DNA from: Tubulanus polymorphus | Lineage: Eukaryota > Animalia > Nemertea | NCBI RefSeq assembly: GCF_964204645.1 | Contig: NC_134035.1 | Coordinates: 3,844,001 to 3,908,000, forward strand | Direction of reading: 5' to 3' | DNA length: 64,000 nt | Part shown: positions 28,400-39,064 of the stretch, one piece after another | Layout: every line of letters starts with the position of its first letter | How positions within the stretch are numbered: the first letter of the stretch is position 1 | Notes under the pieces: generated by a model | What the model was told of the DNA's origin: nothing | Database searches by the model: none | The model's input: only the letters and a program-made list of their open reading frames with translations | Program-made: the position numbers and the translations under genes

Positions 28400-28429
28400 C
28401 TGCGCCAACATAACGTGCTGTTCATTCAT
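28400..28429 (-). CDS. Su(H): Su(H) long-isoform first coding exon, MNEQHVMLAQ
   Basis: ATG at 28429, consensus cag|gtaagt donor, phase 0 matches the 25816 acceptor. Confidence 0.75.
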
Positions 28430-29266
28430 GATGTCGAGGATGGATGCTGCGCGCGTGCTAAATACTAGAAGTTTACTGACCCATTTAACGCGTGTAGTCG
28501 CCGCCGATACTTTAGCCTAGATCTCTCCTTACGATATATAGCTGCGTTAGAGAAGACCTTATAAACAACGACTACGATTAATCCCGACTGCCGCAAGAGG
28601 AGCCATTTCTAAATATGAACAGCGTCCAAAGTCTTGTCCGCCGGTAAAAACGTAAATTCGCACAATTCACGCAGGAATTCTTTTATTCCGTGAGAGTCGT
28701 CTTGCGTTCACACACAAACACACACACATGTATACGAACTATTATAACGAGCTGTTAGGAGAAATTCACACATTCATTAACGATACGCCGCGGCGCGTAC
28801 TTTCCCCCGCCGAGCGACGAACGCACCGCCGAAAAGAAAGAAAAGTCCCGTAAAATCTCCTCGATTCTCGCAATACTATGTACGCTTAATCCGTTTATCC
28901 GAAATGAAGTGGACGACGAACTATCAGAAATGCTCTCTACTCGGCGTACAAAGCGTTCGTTCGACAAAAAAGAAAAAATCCCGAAGACCGAAACAATGAA
29001 GCGTAGGATATGTACTAGTTCCGTGTATGTCAGTGTCAGTCAGCCCACGCGTTACATACACTAGCATTCAGGTCTTCCGTGTGTGTGGGTCCGGGTTGTA
29101 TTGAGGAGACTTGTCTCTATCCATCCAATAAAGAGCGAAGACCAGACTAAGGAGCGTGCGTTCTCTCTCTCTTCTCTCTTGCCGCCGCTGCTGCTGCGTT
29201 TGTGTGCTCTCGGCGCGCTCTTCTAGTAGTAGAATAGTAGTGTGTGTGTGTGTATACACGGCGACC

Positions 29267-29274
29267 CGTGGGAA
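29267..29274 (+). promoter_or_regulatory. CSL/Su(H) binding site CGTGGGAA upstream of the long-isoform ATG
   Basis: exact consensus match; function untested. Confidence 0.45.
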
Positions 29275-29708
29275 ACTACATTTGCATCTGACAAACGAAT
29301 AACAATAGACATGCGGCTAGTGCTTCGATGAAACACCCTCCAGCAGCAGATGAGAGCGCGAGATGAGGTCGTATATAACCCCCCCCCCCCCCGGTAAAGT
29401 CTTAGAATAAGCCGCTTTGAAGCATCCTATGCGTGATCTACCTAAGCCTCTATTGCGTATTATTTAACCCCAATCTTATTAAATATCAGATTTGATTAGA
29501 TAGATACTTCGTCCTGAGCTGGTGTTTAATCTCCTTTTATCTATTTAATCGTTCAATTCGAGAACGATTCAATTCGAGATTGATATCGTTGTATAATAGG
29601 TTTTTATCTGCTATCGAACACCCCCTCAACCCCCCCCCCAGGAATAGAGCGCGAACTAATGGAAGAATCCTTAAAAATGTTTCTCAAGGCCCGCGCGTGT
29701 TGACATAG

Positions 29709-29713
<5 letters not shown>

Positions 29714-29741
<28 letters not shown>
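29714..29741. repeat. (CT)n microsatellite
   Basis: direct inspection. Confidence 0.9.
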
Positions 29742-29744
<3 letters not shown>

Positions 29745-32700
29745 AATAGGTTATCAAAATTATTTACCATGTTTTGTGACCTGCTTGTTGCTATTTGAAC
29801 GCTTGAACTCTGGTGTGTGATACCATTCATTATCGAACTGATAAAAAGACTTTGGATTTTCCCCCATCGTTTTTATGCCTTCTGTGTTTATACCTTCGAT
29901 ACACATGAAGTCAATATATAGCGCAGAATTTTGTGAAAGAAATAAATCAGAAACGGACGCATCGTTTTATCAAACCGATGCACAATTTTGCCGGAAACAA
30001 TTCTGAAGATTCGAATTTTACGGTTTCTGATTCGGTAATCACCTAATTAGGTCAAGAATATCCTGGAACCAACACTACCAATTTAAGTGTAGTCCAAAAA
30101 AAATTGCTAATTCCCTATTTCTCAAAATTGAAGATTTTTAAAGGAGTTTGGGGCATTTGGCTCGAAACTAGGAATAACAAGCTCATCCAAAAGCTTTTTC
30201 CACTTAGAATCAGTTTTAAAGGCATCGAAGAGTGATGATAGGGACCCTGATTAAACTGTATTTCAATCGTTGCTTTTTTGACTACGATCCAGTGTATTTT
30301 TAGACTCGTCTGGTTTCAAACGCTCTTAAAAATATTTACGGATAATTCCTCGGAGGATTTTGACAGTGTAATAGTAACGAACTCCTGGGGGGGGGGGAGG
30401 TTGGCGCATCGACGGAATGGCGACGAGCACTCGTAACAAAAGCTCATTCATACGCGTCTGTTATTGACGAGGAGCAGGTGGCTGTCAGGGTGTCTGCGCG
30501 TCGTCGGGTTGAATGGACCCGCGCGGGTGCCCTACGGAGCGCGTCGATTGTCTACCGCAGCTCTAGTTACGGGCGATGACAATGAACGCCGCGACGAAGA
30601 TGAGTCGGTAAGATCGGAGGGTCGTCGTGACGGCGAGGATTCCAGAGGAGCAGTATTCGTCCAGCGGCCACTGAGCGCTGAAAGCTTCGAGTCCTCTCCC
30701 AACCAAAAACATCACGTGCAATCCGGCAAACTGTTACATTAGGAAAAGTTATTAGGCGAAAAATTATTAGGCGGTGTCATCACGAATCCCATGAAAATGC
30801 CAAAATTCCAAAAGATGTGGAAAATTTTTCAGACTTGCAGTGATTTGATTGCGACAGTATCCCAGCATCCGGGAGGGAGGAAAATAGAAATGACAATATA
30901 CGAGACAATATACGAGAAATTTCTGATTTTACCTCATATTAGAAAATCATGTTTGATTCTTTCCTATGTTTTGTGGATTGGAAACTTACCAGTAAGTCAA
31001 AAGCAAACTGTGATAGCACCAGTCCGTTGACAGAGGATCTACTTGCAGAATACCGACAATAGAGGATCTACCTGCAGGATAGCTGATCAGCGCAGTATCC
31101 CGGTAGGAGGGTACAGTAGGCTTTCTCTGATATCTCGATTAGAGTGTTGAAATTCATTGTTTCCTATGTTTTCTCGATTAGAAAGTCATATCAACGCAAA
31201 CCAGGATAACAAACACTGATTAAGACGCCAAAGTGGGATACTGACATTGGACACGGACAGGATTTCACGGACAGAACATACTCTCTGGCATTGTATAAAT
31301 CAAGTCTTTGAAAGATGCAGCAGATTTTTCGCACAGCACGTTTCAGACGGTGCATGTGAACATATCAGAGGTGGTCGGCCCTAAAAACCCACGATCGCCG
31401 AGAAGAATTAGATTATCATACGACGCGTACATCCTGTGTTAGACAATCGACGATCGACTCCGCGCGACAATCTTCCGACAATCAAACCGCGAAGTTAGGT
31501 CATCGCCGATTGTGCGAATTCAAATTCAATACGACGAGTCTAAAGCGTCCTAATTGATTTAGATCGAAAGGGTAATTAATGCCCCCCATGTAAATCCTCT
31601 TCCCGGCTTTTATAAACGAACGTCCCCGCTGTCGGGGTCCCCCGGAGGGATTCAGGATGCAATTAACGAGGATCACTTCCGCAATAGTGCATTTCAATTA
31701 ATCGGGAGGAAACGTAATAACCAGGTACACCATCTTCTAAAAGTCGATCGATTTGGACTCATAGAAACGGGATGAATCACGAATTCGAAAACGATTTTCT
31801 CTATAAAAAGAAAGAGTGGTCGCATTCCGCCTATTTACATATCCCCTCAGTTTTCCACTGGATTACGCAAATGAGCGAATCAGAGAGAACTTTCTGAAGG
31901 TTTAAAATGTTACAATTCGTTCATTTTTCATTGAATCACGTATTGATAAAGAAGCGTGTGGTCAACCGCATTATCGTAATTCCCTGAATTCACAGCATCA
32001 TATATCTGTAGGCCTATGAGAAATTTTCAGTTTTAACAGATATGTTTCTATTCCCTGAGTTTTCCAGGTTTACCAGCTCTCAGTGGCCAGCCTGAATAAT
32101 CAAAACATGAACAAATCGCGGCGTAATTACAAAAATCAAAAGGAAAATAATAGTTGATATTTATATATCGTATTAGAACAAGAATCCTATACAATACAGG
32201 TGTCTTTCTTGCTGGTATTATCATCCATGATCCTATCACTCCAGAATTACTATCTCTCCCTGGGTAGAAGTGACATCCAAGCTACAATACTCAGATATCA
32301 GGAATCTGGTTAGGTATTTCGCTTGCAGGGTGTACGAAGTATTCGCATTGCAGCCAGTGTTTGGTGTCCCCTGAACCTATATCCATAACTATCTGTTGAT
32401 TACTAAATCTCTCTCAGCATCCAAGCTACACTATACTCAGATCTCAGGAATTAGGTCTCACGTACCCATTTGTTTCTGGGTGAAGACTAAAGGCAATGAG
32501 GATAAGCACCTAGCCCAGGGACACTATAGTACTGAACCCATGACCTGGCAGTTCTTAGCACTAAGCCACGCCATTCCACTAGATGAGTGCAAAAACATCT
32601 TATCGCAGCATTTAAAATGATGAGGATAATCATCTTGCCTGGGGACGCTTCAGTATTGATCCCATGACCTGGCCATTCTTAGCACCCCACCGTTCCACTA

Positions 32701-32930
32701 GAGTGCACTAGTATCTTATCACTGCATGCAAAATCATGAGGATAAACATCTTTCCCAGGGACATTGCTGAACACAGCGAAATACTCAAACCACTCGTCGA
32801 CACCGCTACACTAGTGCACCGTTTTGCAGAGGATACAACACTACTGTATAATAAGATAAAATCCCACTATTTACAGATTAAAAGAATTTAAAAACCAGAA
32901 TTTATTTATTAAATCTAAATTATTTAAAAG

Positions 32931-32971
32931 ACACGACGTTTCGATCTCACCCTAGAGATCATCGTCAGGTG
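32931..32971 (-). ncRNA. Minimal type I hammerhead ribozyme motif, mirror copy
   Basis: reverse complement of the plus-strand core; stem I only 3 bp. Confidence 0.65.
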
Positions 32972-32981
32972 AACAAAGAAC

Positions 32982-33023
32982 ACACCTGACGATGATCTCT
33001 AGGGTGAGATCGAAACGTCGTGT
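32982..33023 (+). ncRNA. Minimal type I hammerhead ribozyme motif (Penelope-type)
   Basis: acac-CUGACGA-u-gaucuc/gagauc stem II-GAAA-c-GUC-gugu; stem I acac/gugu; predicted cleavage after C33019. Confidence 0.8.
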
Positions 33024-35365
33024 CTTTTAAATATTTTAGATTTAATAAATAAATTCTGGTTTTTAAATTCTTTTAATCTGTAAATAGTGGGATTTTATCT
33101 TATTATCCGTTCACCACGTTTGAGTGTGGTCATCGTTCTACTACTACTACTACTAGTAAGGGGATTTGAACCCAGTATCCCGTAGTTGAATGTTCTAGGC
33201 ATTCACCCATACTGTTCCACTAATGCACTAGTATCTCATTGCTGGGTGCAGAGAAACGATGGGGACTAGTGTATCAGCCCGCAACAATACCATATTCAAC
33301 AGAACCCACGACCTGATATCACAGAGTCACGTACGCGCCACTTGTTCAAACCATCCCAACAAGATGATATTTGAAAACAACAGTGAAAATAGGATGACAT
33401 AAATTCGAAGAAGTTGATTTATAAGTAGTATGTGCTTTGATTACAATTTCTGGGAAGTCTTTGGAAAAATTGGCTAATACTTCATTTCATGACACCAAGG
33501 CTCTTAGGGGGCACTCAGTTTTGAGGTTCATAGGGATGTGTCATATCATATTTCTGGATCCAGCCTGGCTGAGACAGACACTCTTGCACTTGCCGATACC
33601 GCATGCTATAACTGTATTAACCTCGTTCGGATTAGGGGCAAAACTGCAGATAAGGTCACGTTGCTGCTGTTAAGTTGCGTTTAGTACTATGGTTAAGGGA
33701 TATGGCAGGGATAGGCCTACGGCGTCAACATGCATTACCATCACAGACACTAACAGTAACCTAGCCCACGTGCGGTCTTCATGGCTCAGTAGATAAGGTA
33801 GTTCACTGATGGTAGGCTCTAATCCCAGCAAATAAAGCTTTAACGTTCCTGTGTAAAACCTCACCGTGATAAACCCTCTAGGCTAAAGAACATAAGCCCC
33901 CCATAGCAAAAAGTTAACAGTCTTAACTACAGTTTAGGTCACATTCCCACTGTATGGCGCTAGCGTCAAAAGAATAGCGTTATGGTTAGGTACATAACCA
34001 TCGGGGACAACTGCGTTTGCTCCAAGTTGACTTCATATGCAGTTAGATCTTTCTAAGTTTGGACAAGTAACTAATGCCACACATATACAGCGGACAGGTG
34101 CCATAAACTGCATAAGACCTATCTAAGTATGGACACGTGTCTAACGCAACATTATTGCGGAAAGGTGCGTTCTACTCTTCTCAGTGCAAAGTTTGACAAC
34201 AAGTCATCATGAAGTAGGCCTAACTAACGCCTTACATACGCCACGGTAAGAACCTTAAACTGCAATAAGACCTTTCTAAAGATTGAGCTATTGTTATTAT
34301 ACTCACATCAGAATAGAATCAATGACGGCTGCAGAATCACAATAACAACATCATAATAGTATATGACGAACCCGGAAGTGAGTTCAGTAGGTTCAGAGAG
34401 GTGCCCTGAAAATAGTCCAATTCAACCCGGAATATTGAAGATGACAGCGGCTTAAACACGGTACAATTTTCACCTAGCCCTAGATCTGTACGAGACGCTT
34501 GCTAGTGAGAACGCTTACCGATTTACGGAGAATGTATCCAGCTGAAAATCAACTTTAATCGTCGAGAATTCCAAACTTCATACACAGAGTTCCGCACAAG
34601 ATGGCGCATTCGGAGTGAGGGTTCGATCGGATCCGACATGGGCTAAATTCTATTCAAACTCGAGACCATGTTCGAATCCCGCGATTATGGCAGAATATTG
34701 CTCACGTGCCACAGTAATAATACTACCCCTTTGGCGGTCGCGTGCTACCCCTATATATATCATTAACGGCGGATTTGAGAACTAATTCAGATTGCGGGAC
34801 AGTTTAATTACTTCGTTTGTTGCCTAATAATGATAAATTTATCTATGAATATATACTAGATTTTGATAAATGTCGCTATAATGTTCACTTGTCCTACAGA
34901 ATTAAAAGAACTTCCCCAAGCCTGAAGGCTCTACCAAAAATGGGAGAATGCGCTATAGGAAAGAAAAAATAATTGGATGGGCTTATACCGAGGTTTGTGA
35001 AAATATCCGATCATGAAACTAAACCACAGACAGGTTCTCTGAAAGGTTATAAGCAGCCAGAGCGGTCTCTCCTGTCACTGGGTTTAACCTGATGAAAAAA
35101 CCAAAACAAACAGAACTAAAATTTCATATACAATTTCAACATTTATTTCCCACTTGTATTTCTACTATAAATAAGCCTTTCACATAATCTCAGACGACCT
35201 TGAACTGGGCGCAATTCACGAAATTATGACCACAAGGATTTTCGTAAACAATTTATAATATAACTTAATTTTTCTGGTAACCAATTGAGTCAATTTACAA
35301 TTGTCGGCTTTTTAATGTTTTATCGCTATATCACAGATTTTTTCAAAAAACTAAATGCCTTTAAA

Positions 35366-37153
35366 TCAAGAAGAACCTAACAGATGTTCGACCGTCATAA
35401 TCAGATCATTATGTTTATTCAGCATATGCTGCATGAGCGTCGCGTCACCCGTATCTTCACCGCACAACGCGCAACAACCGGCGATTTCCAGATCGACCGA
35501 CGTCAAAATCGCGTGACCGAGCGCTTCGTCGACCAGTTTATTGGTGGCGCTGTCCTCGACCGGCGGCTGAACGGCGGTCTTCAGATCGATGAGCGAGCTG
35601 GCGGCTATCCGAGCGTCGTCCGTCGTACGGAACTCGTCGCGGCAGACGCGCGATCGTATATGAGCGTCGAGATCGTCGCGATTCGGGAACTCGCAGCGAC
35701 ACGCGACGCACGCGAAAAACGCCGATTTTTTCGCCACCGTATTTTTTTCCGAATTCCCCGCCGCCGTTTTCGTCGTCGCGGGGCCGGGGGCACTTCGATA
35801 TCGTTCGTGAATCCGAGTATGAGTTTCAATGTCTTTGCGGCGGATGAATCCCTTCCCGCACGTCGCGCAAACGAACGGCAATTCCTTCAGATGAATCCGC
35901 CGCACGTGCTGGCGCAGATTCGACTCCGAACTGAATTTCTTACCGCACGCGTCGCAGACGCTCGCCGCAGCGGCCCTCTTGCATCCGTGCACGAGCTTAA
36001 CGTGACGATCTAAGTTATAACGCAAGTGGAAACTCTTCCCGCAATCGGCGCACGCGAAAACCTTCTTCGTCGCGTCGTGGAATTTCAAATGTCGTCGCAA
36101 AACGCGTTTCGACGCGAAGCGCTTCCCGCACGTGTCGCACGTGTGGTCGTATTTTTTCTCGTGAACGGTCTCTTTGTGCTCTTTCAAATAAAACGTCGTT
36201 TTGAACGCCGCGGAACACCGGTCGCATCGAACGCGACGCTCTGGGTGAACGCGTTTGACGTGCGCTTTCAAGAACTTCTCGCGTTCGAACGCCTTCGTGC
36301 ATATCTTACACCGAAATCCTTCGACGTCGTTCTCCGCGTTCTTAGACGCCGGTCGTTTGTCTGATCGGTCGTTCTGCGTCTCAGTCACGACCGTAGACTT
36401 GTCTAAAACCAAGCTTAACCGTTTTTCACCAACGTTCGGCACAACTTTAGGCATCGGAACGCTGGCACCAGCTACGCTATCCTTTGCGCAACTTTCAGCT
36501 CCGATATCGCTACATTCAGGCATGCAGCCGCCCGCTGAGGCCGAACTATCCGTAGCGGACTTTCGCGTAATATCAACGGACTTTTCAGTCCTGATTTCGC
36601 TAAATTCAGGCACGCGGCCACGTTCTACGCAGGCTGAGCGTTCCTTCGCAGATTTTTGGTATACATCGACGACAGAACTCTCGATCCCGATTTCACTAAA
36701 ACGCGGCGTATCATCACCCGCCGAGCCGCGATCGATGAATTTTCGCGTGATACGTTTTAGAGTCCCGGTCGACTCATCCTTCGCGGAAGACGACGTCTGT
36801 TTTATAGACTCGGACCGCATCGGGACGACACGGTTATCTCGATCACGCGTCGTCGCCATTCGTTTCTCGTTTTCGAGCGAGTACTCGTCAGTCAGAACGC
36901 AGCGTAATCCGGCGTCGATCACCTGAAATCTCGCTTTGTTGATAACGAATCGCACGCCGCCCGTCGACGTTTTACAGATTTCCACGTTCAGCCCAGACAC
37001 CGATTTCGAGGTGAATCTTACGCGCGATTCCGATTCGATCAATTGAATCGTTTGTACGAGGAAATCCGGCAGAACGAGTTCTAAAGTTTGAAGGTCGACG
37101 TTCAGCTTGGCGCCGCGGGTTTTATCAGCGCCGTTCGACGATGCTTCCGACAT
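35366..37153 (-). CDS. C2H2 zinc-finger protein, intronless CDS, about 595 aa; six tandem C2H2 fingers plus two atypical C-terminal fingers
   Basis: ORF track 35366-37159 (first ATG 37153); repeated C-x2-C-x12-H-x3/4-H; AATAAA on minus strand at 35142-35147. Confidence 0.93.
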   Translation of the reverse strand: MSEASSNGADKTRGAKLNVDLQTLELVLPDFLVQTIQLIESESRVRFTSKSVSGLNVEICKTSTGGVRFVINKARFQVIDAGLRCVLTDEYSLENEKRMATTRDRDNRVVPMRSESIKQTSSSAKDESTGTLKRITRKFIDRGSAGDDTPRFSEIGIESSVVDVYQKSAKERSACVERGRVPEFSEIRTEKSVDITRKSATDSSASAGGCMPECSDIGAESCAKDSVAGASVPMPKVVPNVGEKRLSLVLDKSTVVTETQNDRSDKRPASKNAENDVEGFRCKICTKAFEREKFLKAHVKRVHPERRVRCDRCSAAFKTTFYLKEHKETVHEKKYDHTCDTCGKRFASKRVLRRHLKFHDATKKVFACADCGKSFHLRYNLDRHVKLVHGCKRAAAASVCDACGKKFSSESNLRQHVRRIHLKELPFVCATCGKGFIRRKDIETHTRIHERYRSAPGPATTKTAAGNSEKNTVAKKSAFFACVACRCEFPNRDDLDAHIRSRVCRDEFRTTDDARIAASSLIDLKTAVQPPVEDSATNKLVDEALGHAILTSVDLEIAGCCALCGEDTGDATLMQHMLNKHNDLIMTVEHLLGSS

Positions 37154-37429
37154 TTTCACTTAGGCCTATTTAACCCTTTTTCCACGACTACGTAACGTCT
37201 TTTTTACAAAAGGAATAAAAGAAAAATGAGATAATTACAACATTTGCATATAAGAGATGTGAATAAATCGTATAAAAACATACGGCTGGTAAAAGTGGAA
37301 TCTCAAACATCGATCACCAACGAGCGAAATTAAACTGCACAATAAATTCGAAATTGAATTGTATTGATTTTATCAAGTTTGATCTATTAAAACGCTAAAT
37401 AACGAATTGGACATATGTCTTACCTACTT

Positions 37430-37790
37430 ACTCCTCTTCGGGGAGTTAATTAAAGAGATCCAATGGATGTGCGATGCATTTTTCGAGGTCCTGGCGTCTT
37501 TGAAGAGTCAAAACAGTTTACGATATTAACAGCGTAAGCCAATAAAATTCAATTGATTTGACTTTGCTTCCCCGATTTACGGCATCCGCGAACCGAGCGG
37601 CTGGCTCTTAATCTCGGGAGCTGGTGAATTCTCCAAGCGGCTGGCTCATGAATGGGGCCGATCAAATTGTAAACATTGCGGGTTTGTCCTTCGTTTATTA
37701 CGGTATCTGAATGGAAAATCGCTACCGAACTCGATGATCTAGAAACGGGAACAACGCGAAACTCGAGAGGAATTCATTAAATGGTAGGTG
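37430..37790. promoter_or_regulatory. Candidate bidirectional promoter between the zinc-finger gene and AGBL2
   Basis: divergent donor sites (minus gtaagt near 37431, plus gtaggt at 37784), duplicated AGCGGCTGGCTC, TGTAAACA. Confidence 0.45.
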
Positions 37791-38835
37791 TAGGTTGAGG
37801 GCTTGGAGGGCGCCGTTTTCTCGTCTCAAAATCAAAAAAAGTGTCAACTGTCAAAATCTTTAAAGTTAAATATCAATGTAACTTTGTTGTCATCTACTGT
37901 GCTGCACCCGATGAACCCTGTCAATATCATTTTCAGGTCTTTGATTATTCATACGACTTGGCCTAAATACTTCGCATACCAACAAGGTTTCCCCGAATAT
38001 AACCCTTTCATTTTCAAAACTTATAGTGATGTACTAATATTAGTCGGAATACCAGTGTTTGTTTGTGGAACGATGGCTAAAATTTAGTTACTAGACTAAT
38101 ACTGATGGTGATCTCTTCCTTTTCTCTACTACTCTACTAACTATAGTATAGGGCTTCATCAGGGGTGGATGCAGGTTTTTGGAAACATTGGATTTAGGGT
38201 CACTATACTTACACATATTTCTTAGCGCAAAAGTGGGCACGAAGCCTCCTTGCTAGGGGGGTCTGGGGGCCCCTAGAAAATTTTGAAAAATTTGATTAAT
38301 TTAGATGGATTCCGAGCACTTTCTTGGTTGAAATTGGGAATGAAATGGGGAATGGGTTGAAAACCTTCTATGATTTTTAGGAGAAGATTCCAAGGTCCCT
38401 TGGCCAAAAAAATGCGGGATACCCCCGCACCCTCCCTGGATCTGCCTATTACTTTTTTTACAATCCTGTATTAATCATGACAGGTTATTAGCGTTAGGGT
38501 AAGGGAAGATAAGAGTAGGATAAGCGACTGAGGCAGATTAGTGTGTGAAAGATAGTAAATAAACGCTTTAAACCTAGGCCTAACCTTTTGATCTTAAACC
38601 TATTCTAATAGCTGTCACATAGACTACAGGCGTAGACCCTATTCAGAATACCGGTATGTGCTATTTTCATATCACCTGATGTATGAGACATATATTTTCT
38701 AAGAATAAATATCAAATATAAATAAAGCATGTAGGGGCCTAAATTGCCAGAACGAACTAATTGTTTAAATACGGCCCTAAATCGAATTTTTTTTTTTGTT
38801 TGAATTCAGGACTGTTGTCGTTAAATGAATGAACC

Positions 38836-38889
38836 ATGTGGAATGAGAATAACCTCGAAGATAACCAGCTCAGCGGCAACTATGACGTG
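38836..38889 (+). CDS. AGBL2: AGBL2-like first coding exon, MWNENNLEDNQLSGNYDV
   Basis: acceptor at 38808-38809, ATG 38836, gtacga donor, phase 0 matches next exon. Confidence 0.55.
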
Positions 38890-39018
38890 GTACGACCAAC
38901 GTGTGTTTTATATGCGGTAAAAACCCGCTTAATTCGGATCATTTCGAATCGACAAAATTCATCAGGTTCATCGTCGATTCGGATTAAACATTACAGTTAA
39001 CGAGCCATTACGGTTTAT

Positions 39019-39064
39019 TTTCTGATAGTTTCGAAGTTTTGACTAAACCTCGTCATCAGAGAAA
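39019..39064 (-). ncRNA. Minimal hammerhead-like motif, second family
   Basis: uuucu-CUGAUGA-c-gagguuu/aaacuuc-GAAA-cu-AUC-agaaa; degenerate inverted partner at 39130-39167, relative at 46314-46360. Confidence 0.55.

Larger units (their letters stand above)
32848..33106. repeat. Near-perfect fold-back palindrome, 124-bp arms, 11-nt spacer, one mismatch; probably PLE-terminus derived
   Basis: arms 32848-32971 and 32983-33106 are reverse complements. Confidence 0.95.

Noticed and set aside
30464-30742. 92-aa plus-strand ORF
   Set aside because: TTG start, no recognisable homology or splice support
33420-34620. Telomerase RNA
   Set aside because: No CUAACCCU template on either strand and no convincing P6.1
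34610-34690. tRNA-like element (GGTTCGATC, GTTCGAATCCC)
   Set aside because: No acceptor stem or anticodon arm could be folded
35384-36926. Plus-strand ORFs of 209, 112 and 223 aa
   Set aside because: Antisense shadows of the GC-rich zinc-finger CDS
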